Made by a program: the position numbers and the translations under genes
In this document: piece after piece, positions 1-9,500 of the stretch
How the letters are laid out: each line of letters opens with the position of its first letter
How positions within the stretch are numbered: position 1 is the first letter of the stretch
The notes under the pieces: generated by a model
What the model was told of the DNA's origin: nothing
Database searches by the model: none
The model's input: the letters and a program-made list of their open reading frames with translations, nothing else
Assembly: GCA_036380695.1 (NCBI GenBank)
Contig: DASVEG010000023.1
Location: 1-56,703, forward strand
Source: Acidimicrobiales bacterium
Lineage (GTDB): Bacteria > Actinomycetota > Acidimicrobiia > Acidimicrobiales > CADCTF01
Direction: 5' to 3'
DNA length: 56,703 nucleotides

Positions 1-72
1 CTCAACGGTTCGTGTCTTCCGACACCGCTCTGCTTCACACGCGACTCCGAGGCCACGCGAACATGGACCGGT

Positions 73-984
73 GTGGTCGCATCCGACAGCGCGGCCTTCG
101 GGAAAGAGGATCAGCGGAATGGTGCACAGACGATGGATCCAAGGCTGAGGAGCCTTCACGCGCTGGGCACGTCGATCGCGAACTCGTATCGAGACACTGC
201 TGCCGCAGCCATACTGTGCGGCTCCGTTCGACGAGGCACGCCAGACGAGTATTCGGACGTGGACCTTACGATCCTCTACGAGACGGTCACCGGAGTCGCG
301 GCCGCACACACGCGACGACCCGCGAGTGCCGTACTGCTCCGGCAGCAGGAGTCGGACTCCTACGGAATCGTCGAGACATTTGTGGTCGAGCGCACGAGGG
401 TTGACGTCCACCATCTTCCTCTGGCCACGGCGCGACGCGATGTGCAAGCGGTCGTGGCCGCGGACACGGCTGCTGCGCTGAATGACCAACGGCAGGGACT
501 GTGCGCCGAGCTCGCCGAGGCTGACGCAATCTTCGGTGGCTCTGTCGTGGAGGAGCTCAGGCGGCCGCTCCGCCCTTATCCGGCAAGGCTCGGTGTCGCG
601 ATGATCAAGGCACATGCCGAGCTTCCCGGACGATGGATGCTTGTTCGCGATCTCCAGAGAGATGACCTCGCCGCTTTCTACCGGGGCGTGATCGAAATCG
701 AGCGCCGCCTTCTCGGGCTGCTCCTGGGGCTGAATCGCGTGTATCACCCGCCGAACCTGAAAGCGATCGCGCAAGTCTGTGTCGCGTTCCGGGCGGCGCC
801 GCTGGACCTGGCCAGTCGTTTGCAACGCGCACTATCCGACCCTCCACGCTTCGGCCTCGCGACCCTGGACTCGCTGGTTGCCGAGACAGCGAGCTTGGAG
901 GGCGCACCGACTGCGGAGTTCAAACGAACTGCCGCCACCTACTTCGCGATTCCGGACTGGGTCATGGGCTCGGATGCGCCGTAG
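73..984 (+). CDS. nucleotidyltransferase-domain protein (Pol-beta superfamily) with ~200-aa helical C-terminal region
   Basis: Long ORF with the NTase signature CGSVRRGTPDEYSDVDLTILYE (G-S...D-x-D). Start uncertain: GTG 73 or ATG 133. Confidence 0.7.
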   Translation: MVASDSAAFGKEDQRNGAQTMDPRLRSLHALGTSIANSYRDTAAAAILCGSVRRGTPDEYSDVDLTILYETVTGVAAAHTRRPASAVLLRQQESDSYGIVETFVVERTRVDVHHLPLATARRDVQAVVAADTAAALNDQRQGLCAELAEADAIFGGSVVEELRRPLRPYPARLGVAMIKAHAELPGRWMLVRDLQRDDLAAFYRGVIEIERRLLGLLLGLNRVYHPPNLKAIAQVCVAFRAAPLDLASRLQRALSDPPRFGLATLDSLVAETASLEGAPTAEFKRTAATYFAIPDWVMGSDAP

Positions 985-1078
985 GTCGTCGACGTCGGCA
1001 ATCGCCGTCGCGGCAATTCAGCCGCGGCAGCCGTACCGCCGATACCCCGGATCGCTTAGCGATTAGCTGGCAACACGC

Positions 1079-1241
1079 CTTCAGCTGGTCTCATTGGGTC
1101 CCGGCGGGGCGGCTCGTCTTCAGCTGGTCTCATTGGGTCCCGGCGGGGCGGCTCGTCTTCAGCTGGTCTCATTGGGTCGCGGCGGGGCGGCTCGTCTTCG
1201 GCTGGTCTCATTGGGTCCCGGCGGGGCGGCTCGTCTTCAGC
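1079..1241. repeat. 39-bp tandem repeat, 4 full units plus a 7-nt partial unit
   Basis: Unit cttcagctggtctcattgggtcccggcggggcggctcgt at 1079, 1118, 1157 (1 substitution) and 1196 (1 substitution), then partial cttcagc. Lies between two convergent genes. Confidence 0.95.
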
Positions 1242-1303
1242 GGGCGGCATGGGTCGACCTTACTTTCGAGCTCGTGTGCAGAACCGAGTCATCAGTTTGC
1301 GGA

Positions 1304-1945
1304 TCACATCGTGGCTAGGCCGACCGAGAGATGAAGCGACGGCACGTCCCCGCCGAACGTCCGATGCACAACGCCACGTGGCACGTAGAGCATGTCCCCC
1401 TCTCCGAGCAGCACGCGACCTCCCGAGGCGGCGTCACCGCCGAGCTCCCATGTCTTCCGCCCTGCGGCCTGCAGCGCGATTACATCGTGAGCATCGTCAT
1501 GCCAGGGGAAACCCTGGCATGGGCCAGCCGGCGACGGTGGCGTGAAGTACGCGTTGATGCCGACGCGAGCCCCGAGCTTCACCTCGAGCTCACGACGAAA
1601 GACGCCTACGGGCGGGACGAGGCTGTCGATCGCGACCACCAACATTGTGTACCCGTCCAGGAGCGCACCGCGTACGACACTCCGTCCATAGGTGCGGCCC
1701 CTCCTTGGGAGTGCGCGCACTCCTTGGTCTTCATCCTGCGTTTGAACGAACCACGCGTCCGAGGTGGCGAGGCCGTCATCGACCAGCCGCCAAATGTCCG
1801 TCTCGGACAACAGCGTGTTGAATAGGTGTCGACCGCCTCGCGCAACAGCCACTGGCGAACCGATCACCTGGTCACCGTCGGCGCGCGCAAACTCCGCCAC
1901 AACGTGCACCACATCGGCGAGTGCAACGGGACCCGTGCGATTCAT
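1304..1945 (-). CDS. cupin/JmjC-like (cupin-4) domain protein, short form
   Basis: ORF with barrel motifs FPWHDDAHDVIALQAAGRKTW, GDMLYVPRGVVH and SLHLSVG. The protein stops right after the barrel, so the usual C-terminal domain appears absent. Confidence 0.6.
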   Translation of the reverse strand: MNRTGPVALADVVHVVAEFARADGDQVIGSPVAVARGGRHLFNTLLSETDIWRLVDDGLATSDAWFVQTQDEDQGVRALPRRGRTYGRSVVRGALLDGYTMLVVAIDSLVPPVGVFRRELEVKLGARVGINAYFTPPSPAGPCQGFPWHDDAHDVIALQAAGRKTWELGGDAASGGRVLLGEGDMLYVPRGVVHRTFGGDVPSLHLSVGLATM

Positions 1946-1978
1946 TGAACCACCGACCGTAGGGTCGCGGCGTCATGA

Positions 1979-2455
1979 AGGGCTCCCGAGCGCAATCGGC
2001 ACGAGTTGCGTGAGCAGGACTTAACGATCGTGCCGGGGTTCCTCAACTCCGATGAGCTGCAGGCGCCCCGGGAGGCACTGTAGCTGCACGACCTCCGACC
2101 CGAGGAGTACTTCGCCGACCCGCTAGCCCATGAGCAGTACACCCGAAGCCAGTTCGGCGGGGTTCGCATGGTCCTGTGGCCGTCGTGGGACCTGAACCGG
2201 CTGGCGTTCCACCCCGACCCGGCGGACCCGGCCGAGCGCTTCCTCGGATCGGCCGACGTTCCTCTGGAACGCGGAGCCATGGGCGAAATATGCGGGCCAT
2301 CGACAACGAGCAGCTGCACCATCGCGACGACGTGAACCACACACTCGTGGTGCCACACGGAGCCGGGCCACGCCCGGCGAACCGAAAGTTCGGCTTCCCT
2401 GCAATCGCGGACCACTACTGGGACGGACAGACGCTCACCGACGTGCAGTGTCGCC
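1979..2455 (+). pseudogene. phytanoyl-CoA dioxygenase (PhyH)-like gene remnant
   Basis: Reads IVPGFLNSDELQAPREAL-TAG(2081)-LHDLRPEEYFADP...LAFHPD...FLGSADVP, then LWNAEPWAKYA in a second frame and AIDNEQLHHRDDVNHTLVVP in a third. That is one in-frame stop and two frame switches. The 3' end abuts repeat copy A. Confidence 0.5.
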
Positions 2456-2488
2456 CCCTCCCCCCCCGGCTCGGATGGACATGTCGCC

Positions 2489-2550
2489 CTACTCGACCAA
2501 CGGCAGCGTGACGTCCATGTAGGTAAGCGGCGAGTCGCCCCTCCGACACG
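2489..2550 (-). repeat. recombinase-3'-end repeat, copy A (full site, inverted orientation)
   Basis: The reverse complement reads cgtgtcggaggggcgactcgccgcttacctacatggacgtcacgctgccgttggtcgagtag. The first 50 nt are identical to copy B. Confidence 0.9.
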
Positions 2551-3310
2551 ACGTTTGCTACATGGGATTCCGCCCGTCACCCGGACGGATCGGCTGGTCG
2601 GATCGAACGTCATCTGGATACCCAGCTGTTCCAGCAGCCGGTTCCGTCCTGTCGCATCGGCGCCGCGTAGAGCGGCCGCGGCGGCGCTCAGGTCAGCCAG
2701 GAGCACCGCTGCTTCGTCCGCGGCAGACGGCGCTGTAGCGCCGGTCTGACCAACTGCACCGGCGAGGACCTGCTGCGCGATGGCTCGCTCCGCCGCCGTT
2801 TCCGAGATCCACTTGCCGATGACCGATGCGTCATCCGCCGTCATCGAGGGCGCGCCTGTAGTTGGCCAGCCGAACGTCGCACTGAGCGATTGTCTCCCGC
2901 GCCTGTCCCGCCCTGTCGGTCGAGTTCACGTCCGACGCCAACACTTCAAGCCCCGCGATGACTGCGGCCCTCGTGTCCTCGATGTGGTCGTCGTCGAACG
3001 CCCTCTCGAGCCGTGGCTCGACAACCTTCAGGATGAGGGACTCGCGGACGTAAACCGTCTTCGGATGGCAGCCGTTCGTCGTGGCGTACTCGATCGGGTA
3101 ACGACAGCGGTAGTAGGCCGCGCCGTTGTTCCACGTGCCTTCCATCCGTCTCTCGCACAGGCCGCACCTCATGACCCGCCGGAGCACGTATGGACGTGGT
3201 GTCGCGCGCGCCTTGCGAACCGTTGCGACGGGTGGCGCGACCGTGATCCTCGACTGCACGGCCTCCCACTCCTCGACCGTGATGATCGGTTCGTGGCTCA
3301 TCGACCTCGC
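2489..3310 (-). pseudogene. large serine recombinase, 5'-truncated and frameshifted
   Basis: Minus-strand ORFs 2831-3376 and 1942-2844 together read HEPIITVEEWEAVQ, CGLCERRMEG...YYRC (Zn ribbon), a coiled coil, then ...VGGATRRL. No resolvase catalytic domain lies upstream. Frame switch near 2840. Confidence 0.75.
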
Positions 3311-3467
3311 GGACGCACCCGTCGAGCTAGCGCCGTCGTTGCGGCGAGCCGTGGGTTGGGCGGCCGCCCGCCTCATTGCGCAAGAGCGTGATGGTGCTGA
3401 CCTCCGTCCCGATCGGGACAGCGTTACCCGCTGGCGCTACCCGGCCGAAGGGGTTGGAGCGACCGAC

Positions 3468-4187
3468 ATGCCGCAGGTCGCGCGCCTGTGCCGGTGGGTG
3501 GCCGTGGAGCCGACATCGGCGCGACTGTCTGTAGCTCGCAAGGTCGCCGCCGCTCGGCTAACCGATCCCCTTGTGGCCGGTGAAGCCGTGATCGAAGCGG
3601 CGGAGATCGCTTACCGCCAGACAGTTGACTCGACCGTCCAGCAGGCCCTGGCACGTCAGGCCGAACTTGAGCAGACGTTTCGAGGAATCGATAGTGATCT
3701 CAGTTCCGCCCGGTCGGACCTCGCGAAATCTCTCGATCAGACCGTCCTCCGTGCCGCCGCGGGACTGGTAGCGATCGCAGCGGCCTCGGCGGCTGCCGAA
3801 GAAGGCTCTCCGGGATTCATACGCTTTGGAAGCCTCCTCGTGGCCGGCTACGTGCTCTTCAGTGCCACCGTGGAGTTGGAGGTCGCCCGGCGAGATATCG
3901 ACGGCCGGATCGTCGCGTTCACGGGCGTCCTGGACACGAGAGGGCAGGACCTCGCTCATAGCGCCACCAACAGCCTCAAGGCCTGGCGCGCTCAGCTCAA
4001 GCGACCTGCTCGACTCATCCGCGTGAGCCTCGTTGGGGCCGCTTGTGTCATCGCAGTCGGAGGATTGGTCGCTGCCGAGAATGTCTCGACGGCGTCGACG
4101 GCTCGAACAGGGCGAACAACAACCACGAGCGCGCCCGCGTCGACCTCACCACCAGGGTCAGCAACCACGGCGTCATCCACCCCGTAG
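3468..4187 (+). CDS. hypothetical coiled-coil/membrane protein (about 3 TM segments, Ser/Thr-rich tail)
   Basis: ORF 3126-4187. ATG 3468 is preceded by GGAG 8 nt upstream. GC3 is about 70-75%, lower than in core genes. Earlier start codons overlap the recombinase remnant. Confidence 0.4.
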   Translation: MPQVARLCRWVAVEPTSARLSVARKVAAARLTDPLVAGEAVIEAAEIAYRQTVDSTVQQALARQAELEQTFRGIDSDLSSARSDLAKSLDQTVLRAAAGLVAIAAASAAAEEGSPGFIRFGSLLVAGYVLFSATVELEVARRDIDGRIVAFTGVLDTRGQDLAHSATNSLKAWRAQLKRPARLIRVSLVGAACVIAVGGLVAAENVSTASTARTGRTTTTSAPASTSPPGSATTASSTP

Positions 4188-4266
4188 CCGAGCGCGTCGG
4201 CGAAGGTCACTTCCTCGACGTCGACCCGAGCAACGCCGAACCGTGGGCCCGCGAACGACGCGCGCG

Positions 4267-5361
4267 TCATCGCCAGATCGGGTACCAGGCGTTGAGACGC
4301 TCGCCCCGTCTTACATTGAGATCCATAGCCCTCCTGATCGCGCCTTCCCAATACCCCGGCCCTTGCCAGTGGCAGTAGTCGGCGCCGCCGAGCTTGCCTT
4401 GGGCGGCGCTGGTCGCCCACTCCGCGACGTCTCTAGTCGTGGAGACGGGCGTGAACGACGCGCCGGTCCTGTCTGTGATCTCGCCGGCGACGGCGAGGTT
4501 CCCCGTCGGGACGCCATGCCAATACCTGTAGCCCGCGCCAATGTCTTGCTCCACTTGAGCCAGCGATTCAGAAAAGCCGAGATACGCGACCCCGTCTCGG
4601 AACGTCAGACCGCAGAGATACTCGTCGGTCGAGGTCGTCACTTTCGCGGCGATCCAGCGGAAGTCTCCGCCGGGAGGACGTGCATCGAGCCACCGGCGTA
4701 GCGCATCCTCACTCCCGACTCGGTCGGCGAAGGTGTGGATGGGCTCATCCGGGTGGATCCGGTCCATCGTCCCCCACTGGACGCGAAGCGGAAAGCCCGT
4801 CCACTCGCCAGTTTCATCTCGGTGTACCAGTTCTGGGCAGATCTCCGCGAAGAATTGACACGCGTCGAGAAGCGGCTCGAGCGTTGGTCTGCATGCGACG
4901 AGCTGGTCGTAGTGGGGCTTGAGAGCTCGGGTGGGCTCGTGAAGGAGAACGTGGACATCGGGCGGTACGCCTCTCCAATGCGACGAGGTGCGGAAACCCA
5001 GCCCGAGGTTGTTGCCGAAAACCGCATCTGGCTCCGGCACCACTGGGTGAAGAAGGTGTTGGCCGACGTTGCGTACGTACCGGAACGCTTCGATCGTTCG
5101 GGCGCCGTGATCGCCACGCGCGAGGCGCGCCTCGAAGAGGATGCGGTAGTCGGGGGTCGCGAGCTCAGTTCGCATCACGTCATTGAGCTTCTGTATGAAT
5201 GCCACAGCAGAGCGAACTGGAGTCGTGTAGTCGTCGGGATCCGCGATGAAGCCCGCCGTTCGACGGTGGTAGTCAGCGATCGACACCTGCACGTCGCGCA
5301 TCGCGGACCGCATCGGCTCAATCTCATCGGGCTGCAGCTGGACGACGGTCGGACCTGTCAT
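4267..5361 (-). CDS. hypothetical protein, 364 aa, no recognisable domain
   Basis: Long clean ORF with non-repetitive, protein-like composition. Convergent with 3468-4187. Confidence 0.65.
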   Translation of the reverse strand: MTGPTVVQLQPDEIEPMRSAMRDVQVSIADYHRRTAGFIADPDDYTTPVRSAVAFIQKLNDVMRTELATPDYRILFEARLARGDHGARTIEAFRYVRNVGQHLLHPVVPEPDAVFGNNLGLGFRTSSHWRGVPPDVHVLLHEPTRALKPHYDQLVACRPTLEPLLDACQFFAEICPELVHRDETGEWTGFPLRVQWGTMDRIHPDEPIHTFADRVGSEDALRRWLDARPPGGDFRWIAAKVTTSTDEYLCGLTFRDGVAYLGFSESLAQVEQDIGAGYRYWHGVPTGNLAVAGEITDRTGASFTPVSTTRDVAEWATSAAQGKLGGADYCHWQGPGYWEGAIRRAMDLNVRRGERLNAWYPIWR

Positions 5362-5459
5362 CTAGTCAGCTTCACGTCGGGGCCGGGTTGTTCATCATCA
5401 CCCCAAGCCTCGTCGATCGCCGTGACCTCTGTGGCCGAAAGCCATCGATCGGCCGCTGA

Positions 5460-6026
5460 CCAAAGTCTGGGCGCGCCAGGCACGCGCCCCAAGCGATCGA
5501 CGCATCACCGGATGTCCGCGCGCTACTACCACCGGCAAAGGGCGGCCTGCTCAATCGCACCGTGGCGTGGCGAGCCTTCGGCGTGCTGGGGCCGACCGTA
5601 ACCGTGATGTCTATGGCCGCCTTTCTGGCGACGTTCGTTGCTGCCGGCTGGCGCCCCGGTGACCCGTTCCCGGGCGGCGACGTTGCCGCGGCGGCATCCG
5701 GCGCCGCCTTCATGACCGTGGTGATCGCGCAGAGCGCGAACGCGTTCGCCTGTCGCGGCTCCTCGCGGTGGGCGGGCGCGCTCGGGTGGACGACGAACCA
5801 CTTGCTCCCGCCCGCCGCGGCGATCGAGCTGGTGTTCGCGTTGTCGGTCATCGCCGTGCCCGCGCTCGCGACGCAGCTCGACCACCGGCTGCCGACCCCC
5901 GTCGGGTGGAGTGTCGCGCTCGCGTCGGGCGTCGTCGTGCTGGTAGCCGATGCCGCCGACAAGCGCCGCCGCGGTCGGTCGCGGCTCCGGTCCGCGCGAC
6001 GAGATGCCGCGCCGCCCCGTCCGTAG
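5460..6026 (+). pseudogene. P-type ATPase C-terminal fragment (5'-truncated paralogue)
   Basis: Frame opens after TGA 5457. Reads ...LLNRTVAWRAFGVLGP...FMTVVIAQSANAFACRGS...WSVALASGVVVLVADAADKRRR, typical of the last TM helices of cation ATPases. It is not the same gene as 13305-15776. Confidence 0.65.
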
Positions 6027-6428
6027 GCATCGGACGCCTCCGATCCCGCGGCCGAAGCCGCTCGTCAGACGATCGTGGAGGCTCGACGGAAGATCGAGCG
6101 GCACATGGCGGCGTTGGAGGCGGGCGTCGATCCCGCGCTCGTCGCCGAGCGGACGCGGAAGGCACAGTCGGAGATCGTCGCCGCTGAGGCGATCCTCAAT
6201 TCGACCCCCGACGCGCCCGCGCCGCTCACGGTCGACGAGGTGGTGGCAACGCTCGAAGCGCTCCGCAACGTCCCGCGGTTGCTCGAGGTCAGCGGACCCC
6301 GCGATCCGGGCCGAGGTCTACGCATCGCTCGGTATCACGCTGACCTACCGCCGGGAGGGTGATGCCGAGTACATCCAGGTCAGCGCACAGATCGGGGGCG
6401 TCGACCTGGAGCGTGTCGGAGGGGCGAC
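5902..6428 (+). repeat. left copy of a ~510-530-bp inverted duplication (ATPase tail plus recombinase 3' remnant)
   Basis: Matches the reverse complement of 54661-55170. Shared translations are PxGWSVALASGVVVLVADAADKRRR and MEARRKIERH.AALEAGVD.ALVAERTR.AQSE. About 90% similar, with indels. Confidence 0.85.
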
Positions 6429-6473
6429 TCGCCGCTTACCTACATGGACGTCACGCTGCCGGTGGCTGAGTAG
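6040..6473 (+). pseudogene. large serine recombinase 3' remnant (coiled-coil and C-terminus only), frameshifted
   Basis: Reads EARRKIERHMAALEAGVDPALVAERTRKAQSEIVAAEAIL...VATLEALRNVPRLLE, then in a second frame ADPAIRAEVYASLGITLTYRREGDAEYIQVSAQIGGVDLERVGGATRRL. Confidence 0.75.
6412..6473 (+). repeat. recombinase-3'-end repeat, copy B (full site)
   Basis: cgtgtcggaggggcgactcgccgcttacctacatggacgtcacgctgccggtggctgagtag. 50/50 nt identical to copy A, although the upstream coding DNA differs. Confidence 0.9.
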
Positions 6474-6493
6474 TAGCGACCCGTGACGATCTC

Positions 6494-6518
6494 CAACTGC
6501 TGTCTAGGACAGCAGTTG
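6494..6518. terminator. perfect 11-bp stem / 3-nt loop hairpin at the 3' end of the NACHT gene
   Basis: caactgctgtc-tag-gacagcagttg. The NACHT stop codon (6504-6506) spans the last stem base and two loop bases. TTT follows on the plus strand. Confidence 0.5.
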
Positions 6519-9500
6519 TTTCGACACCGGACTCGCGGGGTCGATCATCCACGCAACAACTTGCTCCCACTCCGCTGCAGGGAACGTCTGACCGGCGTCG
6601 GCCAGAAGTCGTCGCGCGTTCCAGCGCTCAGATCCACCGATCAATCCGATCAGGGCATGAGCGAGGCCGGTCTTGATGTACGCGTCCATGACATCGCCAG
6701 CCGACGGGATGTCAGTCGATGTCATGTGTCTTCGCAGCTCCAAAGATGCGGCGTGTGCGCGTGACGGGTCAATCGCGGCGAGAGCGCGGGCGATGTCCGC
6801 TGCGGCCCACGCATCGGTTGCACTTCGCAAGGCATCTTCGAGCCTGCGAGACACGACCTTCGCGAGTGCGGGCGCGAGTGTCACTACGAGCCGAGCCGGC
6901 TCGGAGATAGACCAGGAGTCAGAGTCGGCGATCGCAGCCGTCAGTTCGTTCACCACCTCGCCGTGCAAGGTCGGATCGAGTCGAACGGCTAGTTCCGCAT
7001 AGCCAGCGATTGCGCGTCGATCGATGGCGTGGAGCGAGTCAACTAGCTGCCGGGCTATTGCCGGGCTTGCGACGTCAAGCCTGGCGGCAGCGCGACCGGC
7101 TCGGAACGCGTACTCGGCGGGCATCGCCGCCGCGACCTGCTCGAGACGCGTCGCGACATCGCGGGTACCGCGAGCTTCGAGCTCGGCCTCGAGCTCCAAC
7201 AGCCGGATTAGGTCGCCGCCCACCGCGGCGGCGCTCCGCCCCTGAACCGCCTGAACGAGCCTCTCGTTGTACGAGGGGTCGAGCTCTCTTATCGCACGGC
7301 TGATCTCCGAGAACTGTTTGAGCGGCCGCGCCTCCATGTGTTGCCACACGACATCGATCGCCTCCCGTAGCCGGCGAGGGGACGAGCGCGCGATGCAGCC
7401 GAGCAGCGACGGGACGTCGACGACGTCCGGGGTCCCGAGACGGGAGATGACGAGATCCACAAGCGGCTCGAAGACTTCGTCAAGCGATTCGTCGATGAGC
7501 GCGGCCATCCCGGCGAAGTCGGACGGCCTCGCGCGACTCATCGCAGACAGGAGCGCCCGCACGGCGTGTTCGGGCATCGGGTCGACTACCGACACGAGCG
7601 CGGTGGCCGTAGTGACGATCCACGTCGTCCCAGCATCGAGCATGCGAACGAGGGTGTCGACGACGTCAGGGAGGCGTCTCGGGTCGAGCTCGACTGCGGT
7701 TATGGCGAGGTCGATGGTCGATGAGTACAAGTCCCTCGACTCGAGGCGGGCGAGAACGGCGCGAACCGACGCCTCGCGGGCGTCCTCACCCAGATCCGCT
7801 ACGACGCGAGCGAGGCTTGTTAGGTAACGCCGCTCGCATTTCGACAGGAGGCCGACGAGTTCCGCCGAGTGTTCGCGAACGAGGGTTTGATCGATCGCCG
7901 CGAGAGCCGCAACGACTTCGGTGATATCGCTGGTCGACGCCGTCGGCTGGGAGCTCAACATGTCGCCTAGCCGCGCGCGAAGAGCAGGAACCGCGGGGTG
8001 GGGCGACCACTGTCGAGTCCGTGCTGCCTCGGCGGCAGTGGCGCTGGCCATCAGTGCTCGTAGTAGTGCCACGCTGTCTTGTCGCCACTCCTCGGGATGC
8101 GACGCAGCCGCAGTCGTGATGAGGAGCTGGCGTACTTCCCCCGCGACTTCGAGTGGACGGTTATCCGCGTCCCCTGGGATCAGGGCCTTGAGAAACGCGT
8201 CCCGGTCAGTTGACTGTGCGACGGCCGAAGGCAGGAGGACAGCCCACGGCTCCCAGAAGAACAGGTGTCGGCGCGCGAGCTCCGCGCGATCCGCCGCCGG
8301 CATCGCGGCCAGGTGCTTCGCCGCGAGGTGTTCTTGAAGGGTGCGATGCAGAAACGCGACCTCTCGATCACCGAGCGGGTCGAGCAACGTCATTGCGATG
8401 CTGCGCTCGTGCTGGGGAAGCGCGTCGAGCGGGGTGATCGCCGGCGAGAGAAGTGACACAGCCTCCTGGAGCGTTGTCCTTCGCGTCGGTTCAGTGGGCG
8501 CCAAAGTCGACCAGGCCACGTCGCTCAGGACGCGCACCCATGACGGCACGCGTCTCGACGCGTCGAGATCGCTCATGCGGGGCGATGCCCGCTCGGTCGC
8601 CTCGCGGAAGAGCATGGCCTCTATCGCGACGTCATACAGCTGCGGAACCGTTGTTGGGACACTCGCGCCTCGACGCAGTGAGTACGCGCACGCTTGCACC
8701 GCGAGGACTGCGAGCAAGGGGACCCGAAGCCCGTCGCCGGCGAGGCGAACTGGCGAGTCCGGAGCGAGGACCACACGCGCGACGTGCGGTACGCCAAGCG
8801 CCCGCGACACTCGGCGAACCAGATTCGCCGCGTGGCTCTCCGACATGTGCTCCAGGCGGCCGACGCTTCGCCCGATTCGCGGTTGCCCGTGCGGCGCAAA
8901 CACTCCTCGTGGTCTCTCAGCGTGGCTCGTTCGACATGTGAGAAGCAGCGACACACGCTCGGAGGACAGCAGCAGCTGAAGGTGCTCCATCAGCAGCTCC
9001 GTACGGGCGGCTTCGTCCCACCCGTCCAATACGACCGTGAGCGGCTGGTCGGCGCGCGCGACGAGTCGTTCGGCACGATCGCGATCCAACCAGGACGATC
9101 TCGAGGGTGACACGAGCGCCCCCCAGAGGTTCGCGGACTCCTCCAACTCCGCGCATCGAGCGAGGAGGGGAATTGACACCGCTTCTACGGGGGCGCCTCG
9201 TTGTAGATCTGCGAGCGCGCGCCGCGCGGTTTCCAAGGCGTGTCTGTGTGCGAGCCACGACTTTCCGCTGCCCGGCGCGGCCTCGATCATCAGCCTTCGG
9301 TGCCTTCGGACGGCATGATCGAATTCGATCGTCTGATCCGAGACCCGCAAGGTTGCTGGTCGGTGGAGCTCATCTAGCGTCGCGTCGAATCCCTGCCTGT
9401 CCGGTAGTGCGCGGAGAAGCCACTCGACTAGCGCGATGAGGTACGAGCGAACCTCGGAAGCGCTGGCGGGAGTTCGCGCAAGCCCTTCGAGCTCACGCGC

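Noticed and set aside
1079-1241. Possible CRISPR array
   Set aside because: The units are directly adjacent with no spacers, there are only about 4 copies, and no cas genes are present.
1056-1250. 64-aa ORF encoding the PPRRDPMRPAEDE peptide repeat
   Set aside because: It arises simply because the 39-bp tandem repeat has a period divisible by 3. There is no ribosome-binding site or other coding evidence. It remains only a remote possibility.
2489-2550. tRNA or tmRNA fragment as the origin of the 50-bp att-like repeat
   Set aside because: No T-arm (GGTTCGAnTCC) or acceptor/CCA-like sequence appears in either orientation. The repeat instead ends in a conserved stop codon, like the 3' end of a gene.
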